Assembly (NCBI RefSeq): GCF_001194135.2
Contig: NC_068987.1
Coordinates: forward strand, 11,704,034-11,768,033
Direction of reading: 5' to 3'
DNA length: 64,000 nt
Source: Octopus bimaculoides
Lineage: Eukaryota
Positions 26,101 through 40,699 of this stretch are shown here, piece after piece. The notes beneath the pieces are model-generated. The model was not told the origin of the DNA. It searched no databases and was given only the letters and a program-made list of their open reading frames with translations. The position numbers and the translations under genes are program-made. Numbering within the stretch: the stretch's first letter is position 1; each line of letters starts with the position of its first letter.

Positions 26101-27973
26101 TCCTACTGTGATGTTTTGAAGCATTTGCAGGCAGACATTTGGTGAAAGTGACCGGATCTGTGAAGTGTGAAGAATTGAATTCTTCACTGAGCTCTCCTAA
26201 CTTGTGTGTTTCTCACCGAAAACAACATGGTATCACTTTTGCACCTGCCCTCTTCACCTGCAGACTTCTATCTCTTCCCCAAGATGAAAAGGCAGCTCGA
26301 AGTTTGCTGTTTTAACACCACTGACAAGATCCAGAGTGAATTGCAGAAGGTTCTTGACTCACTTATGGAAAACGACTTCCAGTCTGGATTCCAAAAGTGG
26401 GATGAATGCTGAGACTGGTATATTGCTGTGCAAGGTGGCTATTTCGAAGGATATAATGTTAAAACTTAAGTAAGTAACTTGTTTTTTTATTTAACATAAC
26501 TAGTCCAGGAACCATTTGATAACAAAATTTTTTTAACTCGTTTCACTTATATTACACAAAATATTTAATTAGTTACGATATACTTAATTGTATTCTACAT
26601 TCATTAATTTCATGTTTCAGTAACAATTTCGTTATGTATGAAACTTACAACTACTGATATAGGTAACTAAAGAGTTAAAAAGGTTGTTGAAAAGGTGCAA
26701 ATTTTGAAAAATATGCTATGGGGAAGTGGTTGCTCCTCTCGATCCCCCATCAGCTACACCACTCATTACTACTACTGTCTGGTTTTAATTAAGTTATTCA
26801 GCAAATGAAATAATTTTATTTTATAAGTGGATCTCAAAGTAAAGCTGTAAATAACAGCTTCATATTTTGGTACCAGGCCAGCAAGAGGAGGGGATTAATC
26901 GATGTCTGTGTGTCTTGCAAACAACTCACACATGCAAGTGCTACCAGTCAATAACTCCGCATACCGGAAGCCAGCAAGTGTATGGGGTCATCAGGAGAGA
27001 ATGTGCGCCGTTTCGGGGCCTACCTCTCGATGGCATCAATGCGCACCGGCCCCCCTCACTGATATGAGGCCCCGCTTGCTAGATCAACTGCTTATTAAAA
27101 CAAAGCTCAATATTTCTCTAGCCATCGCTCATCGTCTCTTTTTAACCAAATCCAGTGGCTAGCCTTCTCCACTGTATTTTGGATATCGGTCATGGTGGTA
27201 TTTACCTTACAATGAGTTAGGCCTAACGATAACAGCAGTCGTCTCACACTGTGCCCTACAAATATTTTAACCAAATCCAGTGGCCAGGAAGAGGAGGGGA
27301 TTAATCAATGTCTTATCATACAAAATGCGATAGGCATATAATAATAAAGGAAAAAAAATTTAATTAGGGTTAAAAGAATATTTCATAGTCAATAATTGTA
27401 AAGATTTTCTTACCACTTCTCATCCAAATTGATTTTGGGGATGTAAAACCATCCTGTTCACTCACATATTGGACCATTAATGAACCAGATGCTTTGCCAT
27501 AGATGAAATACCAAAATGTTACACAAACTGCAGAGTTTTGACTATAAAGGTTTTGTGTACTCAGAACTGCTTTATCACCAGATTCAATTCGAGGGTTGCC
27601 TCTTAGGTACATGTAATGACCTACAATAAGAAATGTACAAACTTAAGAGCTGGTCAAAGCTTTCAATCTTGTTGTTTTCTTTCTATAAGAGCAGGGCCAT
27701 TTTAACACATTATAGTCCCTTGCGCAAACCAATGCACTGGGTCCTATAATATCTATTTATTGATATGTTTTGATATTTATTTATTGATATTTATTGACAG
27801 GTACAGAGTGGCTGTGTGGTAAGAAGCTTGCTTCCCGACCGCATGGTTCTGGGTTCAGTCCCACTGCATGGTACCTTAGGCAAAGTCTTCTACTATAGCC
27901 TCGGGCTGACCAAAGCCTTGTGAATGGATTTGGTAGATGGAAACTGAAAGAAGCCCATCGTATATATAAATAA

Positions 27974-28008
<35 letters not shown>

Positions 28009-31000
28009 TGGGTGTGTATATTTGTGTGTGTGTCTGTGTTTGTCCCTCCCCCCATCATTTGACAACTGATGTTGGTGTGTTTACATCCCTGTAACTTAGC
28101 GTATCGGCAAAAGGGACTGATAGAATAACTACTAGGCTTACAAAGAATAAGTCCTGAGGTCAATTTGTTCAACTAAAGGTGGTGCCCCAGAATGGCCACA
28201 GTCAAATGACTGAAACAAATAAAAGAATTAAAAAACCTCTACTGAAAGTATTTAATTCTCAAAGGCCAATTAAAATTTCGTAAAAATGGGGCAAGATAAT
28301 GAGACACCTGTATCGATAAAATGCTAGGCATAAGGTAGTGAGCTGGCAGAAGCGTTAGCATGCCAGGTGAAATTCTTAGTGGTGCTTCGTCTGTCTTTAC
28401 ATTGTGAGTTCAAATTCCACCGAGGTCGACTTAACCTTTCATTCTTTCAGGGTTGATAAATTAAATACCAGTTGCATACTGGGTCGATCTAATCGACTGC
28501 CTTCTCCCCCCAAAATTTCGGGTCTTGTGCTTTGAGTAGAAAACAATAAAATGCTAGGCTGTCAATTAAAGCGGTGGCTTTCAACCATTCTCTTTAGTTA
28601 TGGACCTCTCTGATAACTATTTTATTCTGATGGTCACCCATAGTCATACTATTTTTGAAGTCTAGTTCTATGGAAGCCTGTCAATTTCTTATTCCCTTAA
28701 TGTCCACTAGTTCCAACATAACATCTTCTGTGACATTTGAATGATTCAACGGCACCAGAAAATTAACTCTTACAAGCAATAAGCATTTAATCTTCATAAA
28801 AAGGATTACAAACATACAATACCTCTTGTACTATTGTAAGTATGATCTCTTGAAGGCCGCGAGGTGTGTCTTGCTGTTCGGCCAGAGCCTAAGTACCAAT
28901 TAAAATCATTATCTTTCATCTGATCCATTCTGTTAGAGTCTTCAAAATTATAATATTTACCAATTCCAATAGCTGCCTCTGAAATAAGATTTAAAAAAAC
29001 AAAAACAAAATTTAAGTAAAAAATTTATTGATAAGGCGTGGTATGAAGCTTTTTTCTTAACCATATGATGCTGGGTTCAGTCCCACTATGTGACACATTG
29101 GACAAGTGTCCTCTACAATAGCTTAAGGCTAACCAAAGCCTTCTGAGTGAATTTGGTAGATGGAAACTGAAAGAAACCTGTTGTATATATATGTGTGTAT
29201 ATATAAATTTATTTATTTATATTATTTATGAGCGGCTCATGGGCGTGGTTTCCTGGTTTCTATGGCATATGTGTTCCCCCCCCCCCAGCTGGATGGGACG
29301 CCAATCCATCGCAGCATTACTCAAGAAACAGGAAGAAAGAGTGAGAGAAAGTCGGGGTGAAAGAGTACAACAGGGGTCGCCACCACTCCCTGCCGGAGCC
29401 TCGAGAAGCTTAGGTGTTTTCGCTCAATAAACACTCACAACACCACAATGCCTGGTCTGGGAATTGAGACCGTGATCCTCCGACCGCGAGTCCACTGCCC
29501 TAACCACTGGGCCATTGTTAACAGAAGAAAAGAAGAAATGACAGATGGTTATGTGAAGACCCTTCTGAAGTCCCAAGTGTTATGCATACAAAATTTCCTG
29601 CAACTGTCATGGTTTTAGGGGTTGTCAGTAATGAAGGACATGTGATGCCTCCTTACTTCTCTCCACGAGGCTTTAATGTTAACTCTGCCGCCTGCACTGA
29701 GGTCCTGGAAACAATTGTTAAGCCCTGGATAGACAATGTATACAATGGAAGGCCAAATGTGTTTTGGTAAGTCTCTGCACTATCACACATGGCTCTAGTA
29801 ACACAGGAATGGATGGCTGAAAATTTTCATGATCACATAACCCTGAACATTTGGCTTCCTAATTCCCCAGATCTTAATCCATTGAACTATTACATGTTGA
29901 GCATTGTTGAGAAAGAGAGAGAGGTGGGTCAATGAACATGCCCATAACACCAAAGATTCTTTGAAAGCTGTCAAAGTCAGAGTTATGTCCAAAATGAACC
30001 AGGACCACTTGATTCGAGCATGTAAATGATTTAGATCTCATATAGAAGCAGTTGTTGAAGCTGAAGGTGGCTTTATTGAATAACGTTATAGAAAAGAAAG
30101 TTTATTTTTATCATCATAGCATTTCTTGATGAATAAAGTTATTATTTGTTATTATATATCTGTTTTTTTTTTTTTATAAACATAAATCTGTCCTCAAATA
30201 TCTTATACACCCAATATATATATGACGAGCTTCTTTCAGTTTCCTCTACCAAATCTACTCACAAGGCTTTGGTTGGCCTGAGGTTATAGTAGAAGACACT
30301 TTCCCAAGGTGCCACACAGTGAGAGCGAACTTAGATCCATGTAGTTGGTAAGCAAACTACTTACCACACAGCCACTCCTGCACCTACAATTATGAATATA
30401 TTGTTTAAAATGTCAAAGAAAGTAAACCTGATTTTCTGGGATCAAGCAATTTTACTTACGCCTTTTGCAAAATCCTTCATTTACAGCAACATCATCAATG
30501 GCTATGTCACCTCGAATTCCTCTGCCTCTGGTTGCTTCTAAAATAACCTGTTTCAAACATTATGAAAGAAAAAAGTTTTTTGAAGAAGCTTCAAATATAA
30601 TGTCATTTTAAATCATTTCTAGCAAAACATTTCCTGTTTATTAGAAAAACTGTTTCAGTTCAAAAGATTTGAGCCTTTACAGGTACATGTACACTAGGGT
30701 GCAGTGAAAATAAAAAAAAAATTGTAAAAATTGAAAATGCCTGAGATCTAAAAATATTGCTATATTTAATTACTAGAAAAATGCTAGATTTTTGCTGAGA
30801 TCAATCAAGAGCATTTACTTCCTCAAGCCCTCACTCAAAACTCCGAAAATGGGGGATTTCTGTAAATCTTTTACAATAGTGGAGTTTGATGAGGGGGATT
30901 GAAGGAGTAAAGGCTCTTAATTGATCTAAGCAAAACTTTAGCATTTTTCTAGTAATAATATATAGCAAAATTTTAGGCCTCAGGCATTTTCAATTTCCCA

Positions 31001-31571
31001 AATTTTTTATTTTCTCTCCACCCTAGATTACACAATTTATATATCTGCACACATACACATGTGTGTTAGGGTGTAGTGAAAATAAACAACTGAAAATGTC
31101 TGAGGCCTAAAATCTTGCTATATATTATTACTAGAAAAATGCCATTAGATTCACTTCAACATTTAAATTTAATTTGTCAAAATATTTTCGGCGCTTTGAA
31201 ACAAAGACCTGTTCACTGACAAAATTCTGCATTGCATCTAGTTTTATAGAAATTCTGTGCTACCACTAGTTTTGGAGAAACTTCTTTCAAATTCCTATTT
31301 TGTTTCTCACACATTAACTTACATAGGTTGAACTCTCTACTCTCTACTCTTTTACTTTACTTGTTTCAGTCATTTAACTGCGGCCATGCTAGAGCACCGC
31401 CTTTAGTCGAGCAAATCAACCCCAGGACTTATTCTTTGGATGCCTAGTACTTATTCTATCGGTCTTTTTTGCTGAACCGCTATGTTACAGAGACGTAAAC
31501 ACACCAGCTTCGGTTGTCAAGTGATGTTGGGGGGGGGGGGCAAACACAGACACAAACATATACACACACAT

Positions 31572-31602
<31 letters not shown>

Positions 31603-32336
31603 CATATATACGACAGGCTTCTTTCAGTTTCCATCTATTTAATCCACTCACAAAGCTTTGGTCGGCCCGAGGCTATAGTAGAAGACACTCGCCCAAGGTG
31701 TCACGCAGTGGGACTGAACCCAGAACCATGTGGCTGGAAAGCAAGCTACTTACCACGCAGTCAAACCTGTGCCTTGAACTATGTAAAATGTTTTAGAAAG
31801 AAACCTAGCTGCTTCTTGCAATGCATACCAAAACATACATCTAAAGCAAAATTTTTTCAGGGTCCCTTGGAATATGATTGTGGATCCCCAATTTACAATT
31901 TTGTGCATTGACCCCCAAAAATCTTATATGGAGCCTCAGGGGCATATGGACCCCGGATGAGTACCACTGGTATAGTAGATATTTTTTCATGACAACAACA
32001 TAAGCAGGGCAAACTTTTAATCCACAAGAGCCCTCAATAATCCTTGTATTGGTATCAGAGGAACTAGAAATAACATTGCCTATGGTAGGATTTGAAACAA
32101 GAACACTTAAAGGTGGTTACAGTAAGTTTGATACTGTAAATCCATCTGAATAAAATTTAGAATAATTTTATAGACATAGCTGTGTGGTAAAAAGTTTGCT
32201 TCGCAACAACATGATTCTGGGTTCTGTCCCAGTGTGCGGAATCTTGGACAAGTGTTTTCTAATATAAAATTTGGGCTGACCAAAAACTTGTGAGCAGATT
32301 TGGTAGATAGAAATTGAAAGAAGCCTGTCATGTATA

Positions 32337-32375
<39 letters not shown>

Positions 32376-32609
32376 TGTGTGTGTATGTGTCTGTGTGTCT
32401 TTTGCTCTGTATATAGGTGCAGGTGTGGGTGTGCGGAGGCACAGGCATGGCTGTGTGGTAAGAAGCTTGCTTTGCAACCAGATGTTTCCGGGTTCAGTCC
32501 CACTATGTGGTACTGAAGGGCAAGTGTCTTCTACTATAGCACCGGGCTGACCAAAACCTTGTGAGTGGATTTGGTAGACAGAAACTGAAAGAAGCCCATC
32601 ATATATATA

Positions 32610-32668
<59 letters not shown>

Positions 32669-34618
32669 GTATGTATGTATATGTGTTTATGTGTGTGTCT
32701 CTATGTTTGTGTATGTACCCCACCACANNNNNNNNNNNNNNNNNNNNNNNNNNNNNNNNNNNNNNNNNNNNNNNNNNNNNNNNNNNNNNNNNNNNNNNNN
32801 NNNNNNNNNNNNNNNNNNNNNNNNNNNNNNNNNNNNNNNNNNNNNNNNNNNNNNNNNNNNNNNNNNNNNNNNNNNNNNNNNNNNNNNNNNNNNNNNNNNN
32901 NNNNNNNNNNNNNNNNNNNNNNNNNNNNNNNNNNNNNNNNNNNNNNNNNNNNNNNNNNNNNNNNNNNNNNNNNNNNNNNNNNNNNNNNNNNNNNNNNNNN
33001 NNNNNNNNNNNNNNNNNNNNNNNNNNNNNNNNNNNNNNNNNNNNNNNNNNNNNNNNNNNNNNNNNNNNNNNNNNNNNNNNNNNNNNNNNNNNNNNNNNNN
33101 NNNNNNNNNNNNNNNNNNNNNNNNNNNNNNNNNNNATATATATTTTCATTTTATCTAGTTTCAGCTCATGAGCTGTGGCCATGCTGGGGCACTGCCATTA
33201 TATATATATATATATATATATAAGTTAAAGAAAAGGAAACTTACATTGAATGGAGACAGTGTCTGAAATTGAACCTGGGCCTGGATCCATCGCCATCTAC
33301 TTGATCCGGACTTGGTAAATATTTGTTGAGGTGAGTTAGACCCAGATACAACATAAATTTTGAAGTCTTTGACGTCACTGCCATACATATAGTAATATAC
33401 GCTCACACATATCATGCCGACTGATTTGACCAGGGGACTGACCAGTCGAGCCTTTTGACCGTATCGCTTGTAAGATGCTTCAATGTAAAGATAATAGCCC
33501 TCTGAACAAAAAAAATAAACGAAAGAAACAATTGGTTAGTATAATCATTGTCGTCATCATTGTCATCGTCGTCGTCGTTGTCATCACCCCACCTCCCACT
33601 AACACCCCCACCATCTTCACCACCACCACCACCACCACCATCATTATCACCATCATCATTATTATCAGCACCATAATCATCATTGTTGTAGTCGGCATCA
33701 TCATCAACATCATCATCAATGTCATTGTAGTTGTCATTATTGTTATCATCACCACCACCACCACCATCATCACCATCACCATCATCATTATTGTCACCAC
33801 CACCGTCACCACCACCACCACTACTACCACCACCATCATCATCACCGTTGTCATCATTGCCGCATGTCAAGCGATGTTGGGCGGACAAACACACACACAC
33901 ACACATATATACATATATACGATGGACTTCTTTCAGTTTCCTTATTTCTTTACTGCCCACAAGGGGCTAAACATAGAGGGGACAAACAAGGACAGACAAG
34001 GAATTAAGTCAATTACATCAACCCCAGTAACTGGAACTTATTTAATCGACCCCGAAAGATGAAAGGCTAAGTCGACCTTGGTCGGCCCAAGGTTATAGTA
34101 GAAGACACTTGCCCAAGGTGCCATGCAGTGGGACGGAACCCGGAACCATGTGGCTGGTAAGCAAGCTACTTACCACACAGCCACTCCTTCACTTATTTCA
34201 AAAGTGAATATCAAATGGTTTCAAATTTTTAAATTAATTTATCCCAAGTTGTCTCTTATAAACTCCTTGAATATGATCCTAAAACAGATAAAATTAGTAA
34301 CTCACTTCCACCATGAGCAGATGGAGGACCAGTGCCCAAGGTTTGTGTTTGGCCAGCAATTTCGCTCCAGTCAAAGTCATCTTGCTGATCTTGGGTCCAA
34401 CCACATATTCCATTGTCAAAGGAACAATTGAATGGTTTTGTAGTTTCTGAAACAAATGCAAGTTATTAAAGAAAACAGTTAATGGGATACCTTAGTGTGA
34501 ACATAGATGTAAAAGATAAGCTGAGAAAAAAATCCCTTCAATGGAACAAAAAACCCCTAAAAAACAAAGGGCTAAATTCACAGGACTTGAACATTATAAA
34601 TCTAGATGAATAATAATC

Positions 34619-34649
<31 letters not shown>

Positions 34650-36850
34650 TAATAATCATCCTTTCTACTATAGGCACAAGGCTCAAAATATTTTGGGAGG
34701 GGGCCAGTCAATTAGATCGACCCCAATACACAACTGGTACTTAATTTATCGATTCCGAAAGGATGAAAGGCAAAGTCGACCTTGGCGGAATTTGAACTCA
34801 GAACATGGAGATGGAGAAAATGCTACTAAGCATTTTGTCCAGTGCGCCAATGATTCTGCCAGCTCACCACCTTAATAATAATGATGATAATAATAATAAN
34901 NNNNNNNNNNNNNNNNNNNNNNNNNNNNNNNNNNNNNNNNNNNNNNNNNNNNNNNNNNNNNNNNNNNNNNNNNNNNNNNNNNNNNNNNNNNNNNNNNNNN
35001 NNNNNNNNNNNNNNNNNNNNNNNNNNNNNNNNNNNNNNNNNNNNNNNNNNNNNNNNNNNNNNNNNNNNNNNNNNNNNNNNNNNNNNNNNNNNNNNNNNNN
35101 NNNNNNNNNNNNNNNNNNNNNNNNNNNNNNNNNNNNNNNNNNNNNNNNNNNNNNNNNNNNNNNNNNNNNNNNNNNNNNNNNNNNNNNNNNNNGTTATCAT
35201 GTACATTGTTTTGTGTTGGTATAAAAAGATGGGCTACAGCAAATATTCTGCTCAGTACCACAGATTTGCTTGTCAGTTGTTTGACCTTAACCAGTTGAGC
35301 ATGTCCCTTGTTGGCTGACGATATGTGCATCTCTGATCACGAGCAGAAGTAGTGGGGGAGCATCATAGCCATGTGTTGAGAGGAATTCTTTGGGGTTTGA
35401 ATAATTCCCCTTTGGAAACATGGGTGTTTTGCTCAACATCCTCAAACAAACCTTATTCAGGGACCTTTTGAGCGGGATGGGCTACTCAACCATATACATA
35501 TACATATATATGTATATGTATAATTCAAGAATAAGATAAAGTCTTTAGAAGAATTTATCAAGTAGCTACCGTGAAAAAACCTCATTTATTCCCTTTAAAT
35601 ATATTTATTTATGTAAAGGCATTAATATACATAAAGAGGGATTGGTAAAAATGTGTTTATTATGGTAGTTTGACCTTAGAGTCCCTCTTAGCATGAGGCA
35701 TTTATGTTTAGTATTGCCTTTATATAAAATATGTGTATATGTATATATTGTAATGCTTACCTGTGTTTTTAGGTGGTATGCCTGTTGGAATGACGGCGTT
35801 GGTGTCCTTTGGAGCTGCCGTGTGTGGTAATACTATAAAAGAAAACAATATATAAATATCATCATCACCATTGCCACCGCCACCACCACCGCTATCATTA
35901 TCAATTTATACTGGCTTTCCATGCCAGCCGCATGTTACCCAAGTTGTTACTAGGTGGGTCAAAGAGCAGCTTAATATTTTGTGAAATGTTGTGAATGCTG
36001 CATTGAGACTCAGCTGACAAAGTGCTTTTATAGAAGGATATACTTTTATTGGAGCATCACAAGTCTAGAGACATGGTACTTGGAAAGCAGCCAAAGAAAG
36101 AATCTAGACATTGTTGACAACAGATACATACAGAAAATACTAGGGTATCAAATGGAATGACTTTATCTGCAATAGACCTTTCGCGATATGCTGTGCTTGA
36201 AGAAGACTCATCAAGCCAAGCGAAATCATAGTTGTGGCCATTGTTAGGACCTTCTGGAATCGTTGCTAATTCTGAAAGTAACAGAATGAGTTGTTAATTA
36301 CTTGTTTAGCTAATAAATTTGTAAGGATGATGCTGTCACTAATCATTGGTGTAATGTCACTGGTGTTGAGGCGTAATGGCCCAGTGGTTAGGGCAGCGGA
36401 CTCACGGTCATAGGATCGCGGTTTCGATTCCCAGACCGAGCGTTGTCAGATCCCTGTGGTGTTGAGTAGATAGGTTGCAGCCCTGATTTTTATCAAAAGT
36501 TTTGGTAAAAAAAGTACAACCTATCCATGACTATATATGGTAACTGCTCACCTGAACAAGTAGAGTCTTTGAAGACAATATCATCAATGGCTATGTCTCC
36601 TTCGAATGTTCTTCCTCTTGTTGCTTCTATAATTATCTGAGAAAAATAAGAATGGTTAAAAAATAAGAATAAGACAAAGAAAACTGCTTGGGTTTATTAA
36701 TTAGAGACAATTATCTACTATGATAATACACTTGTGTTTTTCTCCGTCACAACATATGAATGAGAAAGGAAGGAGTGATGGCTAACTGGTAGTGGGAGCA
36801 TTTCAACTCTGTGTGAGTATATGTGTGTGTATGTAAAAGGAGGTGTGTGA

Positions 36851-36886
<36 letters not shown>

Positions 36887-38970
36887 ATACACAATGGAAG
36901 TGGGAGGGTGAACATTCAAAGCTGAAAAGAAAAATCAAGCAGCGTTTCAACTCTGTGTGAGTATATGTGTGTATGTGTGTGCATGAGGTTGTAAGTTTGA
37001 ATCCTGGACTGGGCTGCGTGTTGTGTTCTTGAGCAAGATACTTTATTTCACGTTGCTCCAGTTTACTCAGCTGTAGAAATGAGTTGTTATGTCACTGGTG
37101 CCAAGGTGTATTGGCCCCTTTGCCTTTCCCTATGGATAACATCAGTGGCATGGAGAGGGGAAGCTGGTATGCATGGGCGACTGCTGGTCTTCCATAAACA
37201 ACCTTGCCTGGACTTGTGCCTGGGATGGTAACTTTCTAGGTGCAATCCCATGGTCAGTCATGACCGAAGGGGGTCTCAGCTCAACACTCACCCTTTTGAC
37301 AAATATACATGTGACTATTTTTCCTGACTTACGGATTCTTTGACAAAATATATACCTGCACGTGTGTGTGTGTGTGTATGTCTCTCACCACTTGATTGAC
37401 AAATGGTATCAGTTTGTTTACATATAACTTAGCAGTCAAGCATAAAGGGACTGACAGAATTAGCACTAGGCCCAAGCAAGGCTGCTGTCCAATGACTGAA
37501 ATATTCAAGAGAATAAAAGATAGTGAGGAATTTTGAATACCTGATATTGTGTATGAGATTCTATGGGTGCCTGTCCGTAAAGCCACTTGTTACCTTGGTC
37601 CCTGCTGAGTTCCCAAATAGTTACATTACTACCAGTTTCAAATTTAGTCAAAATTTTCAGAATACCAACTCCATCACCGTTCATGCTGTACCAGAAAGTG
37701 ATGCAGCGTTTTTCCAAATGGAGAGCAGGAAACATTTGACTAATATAACGGCTTTTGTCTTCTTTCTTCAAATATGTTGCATCAATGTAAAGATAAAATC
37801 CTGCAATGGAAGGAAGAATAGTAAGTACTTCTTTTCTCAATAAATGTCTGGCTTTGTTCTTAAGCAAGTAATTATTAAATATGTTGAAATTAATGTAGGA
37901 AATCAGAGAAATTCAGTCCTTTAAGTGTTTTCCTTTGATTAATGCCAATTAGCAGCTTCTCATGTAAAAGGAATAAATTAGATAGTAACAATGGAAAACA
38001 AAATTCAATATTTGGTGACATTTTAATGCTTTTTACATTTATATTCATACAATTAACAATATTCTAAAATAAAGAATTAAATATTCTATCCACAAACTGA
38101 AGGTAGCGATGATGGATTGAGATACTCGGTGAAATGTCTTTGTCTTCAAGGACTGGGTGGGAATCCAACCAAAATAAAGAAAAATATTTAAGATTGTTTA
38201 TAAGTGTTGTTCTTTTTTTTTTTAACCATAAAACGAAGAATTACTTTATAAATTTTCATTTTTATTTGAATCTCAAATATAAAGATCTTGAAGAAAACTC
38301 ACCTCTTGAAGTCTGGAATGTGTGATCATTTACAGGTCCAGTATTTGAAGATAGTGTAGATCCTGATCCCACCAACCAATTATATCTATTATAAGCCATA
38401 TTTGTCCACGTACAACGACCATGATCAAAATCACAGTCACCTATAATATAAAGCGCACAGATATCATCATCATCATCATCATCATCTTTCATCAGTAATT
38501 GGTATTATAGTAATGTAGCAAAGTTACTAAAGCAAACAAATTGAGGGGACCAGTCGATTACATTAAATCTTAGTGAATCGAAAAGGAGTTATGTTTCATC
38601 AGGACAATGCATGACCCCACACTGCAAAGATCACATTACAGAAGATCGAAGAGCTTGGTTGGGAAATACTGCCTCATCCACCTTATTCTCCCGACCTTGC
38701 TCCTTCAGACTACCATTTGTTTCATAGTTTACAGAATCATTTGGGGGACATAACTTTCGGAAGCCAGGAGGACGTCAAAACTGACATTTCAGAGTTCCTT
38801 GCTTTGAAACCAAAAGAGTTTTACATTGATGGGATAAAAAAGCTTGTAAATAGATGGAAGGAAGTCATAGATAATGAGGGAAAGTACACTGATGATTAAA
38901 TTTCAATTAAATATAACATTTGATTACTTTTCTTCTTTATTCAACATTCGGACAGAACTTATATGATGAC

Positions 38971-39005
<35 letters not shown>

Positions 39006-40628
39006 GATGGGCTTCTTTCAGTTTCCATCTACCAAATCCACTCACAAGGCTTTGGTTAGCCTGAGGCTATAGTAGAAGGCATTTGCCCAAGGTGCCATGA
39101 TGTTGGACCGAACCCGGAATCATGTGATTGGAAAGCAAGCTTCTTACCACACAGCCACTCCTGTGCCTTGTGTGACATGCTTACAGCATCTAGGTTTCCC
39201 AAGTCGTGACCCATCTAAGTACTCACTAGACACAATGTTGCTTAACTTTGGTGATCAGATGAGAACCAGTGCTAGAATTTTTTACTTTGCCCAAAACTAG
39301 TTGTAGAAAGTCTTGGCACTGATGCCAAGAACCCAACAATAAAAAAAAACACACACACAATCAGGCAATTTATCAAAATGTCATTGAATGATCAATAAAA
39401 ATAAAAATAAAAATATATACCTCCAACTTCACATTCTCCTGGTGTAACTGTAATATCATCAATTGCGATGTCCCCATATGGCCCTGTGCCAATGACCCCT
39501 TCAAATATAATCTATAAGTAAAAAGGGTGTTGTAACACTTTGAATCAGTAAGGATTTTTAAATAAGCACTCAACATAAAATTATGCAGATGCTTTCATAG
39601 TTTAATTCCAAGAATCTTTATGGATGACCCTCTGTCCCATACCATGCACTAACTTTTGGCCCTTAAGTTTCTTTTGTAACCTTCACCAGTTAAAAATATT
39701 AAGATATGTAATCATAATTGTATATAATTAATCCTTTCTACTAAAGGCACAAGGTCTGAAATTTGGGGGTTGGGGACTAGTTGATTACATTGATCCCCAG
39801 TGTTTCACTGGTACTTAATTTATTGACCCTGAAAAGATGAAAGGCAAAGTCAACCTTGGTGGAATTTGAACTGAGAATGTAGTGGCAGATGAAATACTGC
39901 TAAGCATTTCACTTGACCTACTAATGATTCTATCAATTCACTGCTTTATAATTGTATATAATTAATAGCGATTGAAGCAGTGTTAATACCAAAGGCTAAT
40001 CTGGATCTCCAACTTAACACAATGGTTGTGTTAGAACACGGAATACTGCATTGTTTACCTTGAGAGAACCTCTCATATGATCTCATTGTGCATAAAAGCA
40101 CTCGAAATTATATTGTTGACAGACAAGAATCATCTGCTACGGTTGCCAGAATGGCCAGATCACATGATTTCTCTCTGCTATGGATTCATCAGTGACAGAT
40201 GTCCAGCAGCATGATAACAGCTGAATCCCCAGTGAACAATATATAGACTCCCAGTGTCTTTTCAGGCACTGGTGTCTCAAATAGCCTGTGGGCTTATTAA
40301 AAAAAAAATTAATAGTGACAGAAGCTGTATTAATACCAAAACATGAAAGTTGTGTAAGGCTTTTCAACAGTTAAAGATTAATGCCTGCAACAAATTGTTT
40401 CCTGTATAGTTGTTGAGTATATGTGTCTGGAGAGAGTAGAAAGGCAAATGAGTATATGCATGAATGAGAGAGAGAGAAAGGAGGAAATGAGTATGTATAT
40501 ATGTGAGAAAGTGAGAGGGAGTAGAGAGAGTAAATGAATGTGTGTGTGTACATATATATGTAGAGAGTAGAGAGAGTAAAGGAGTATATGTGTGAGAGAG
40601 TGAGAGAGAGGAGAGAGAGAGTAAATGA

Positions 40629-40699
<71 letters not shown>

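Noticed and set aside
26985-27020. GAAAC and CTGATGA words in the HERO-like 3' UTR (minus strand), suggesting a hammerhead
   Set aside because: Only 16 nt separate them, and the would-be stem II strands (CCCC and CCCC) cannot pair.
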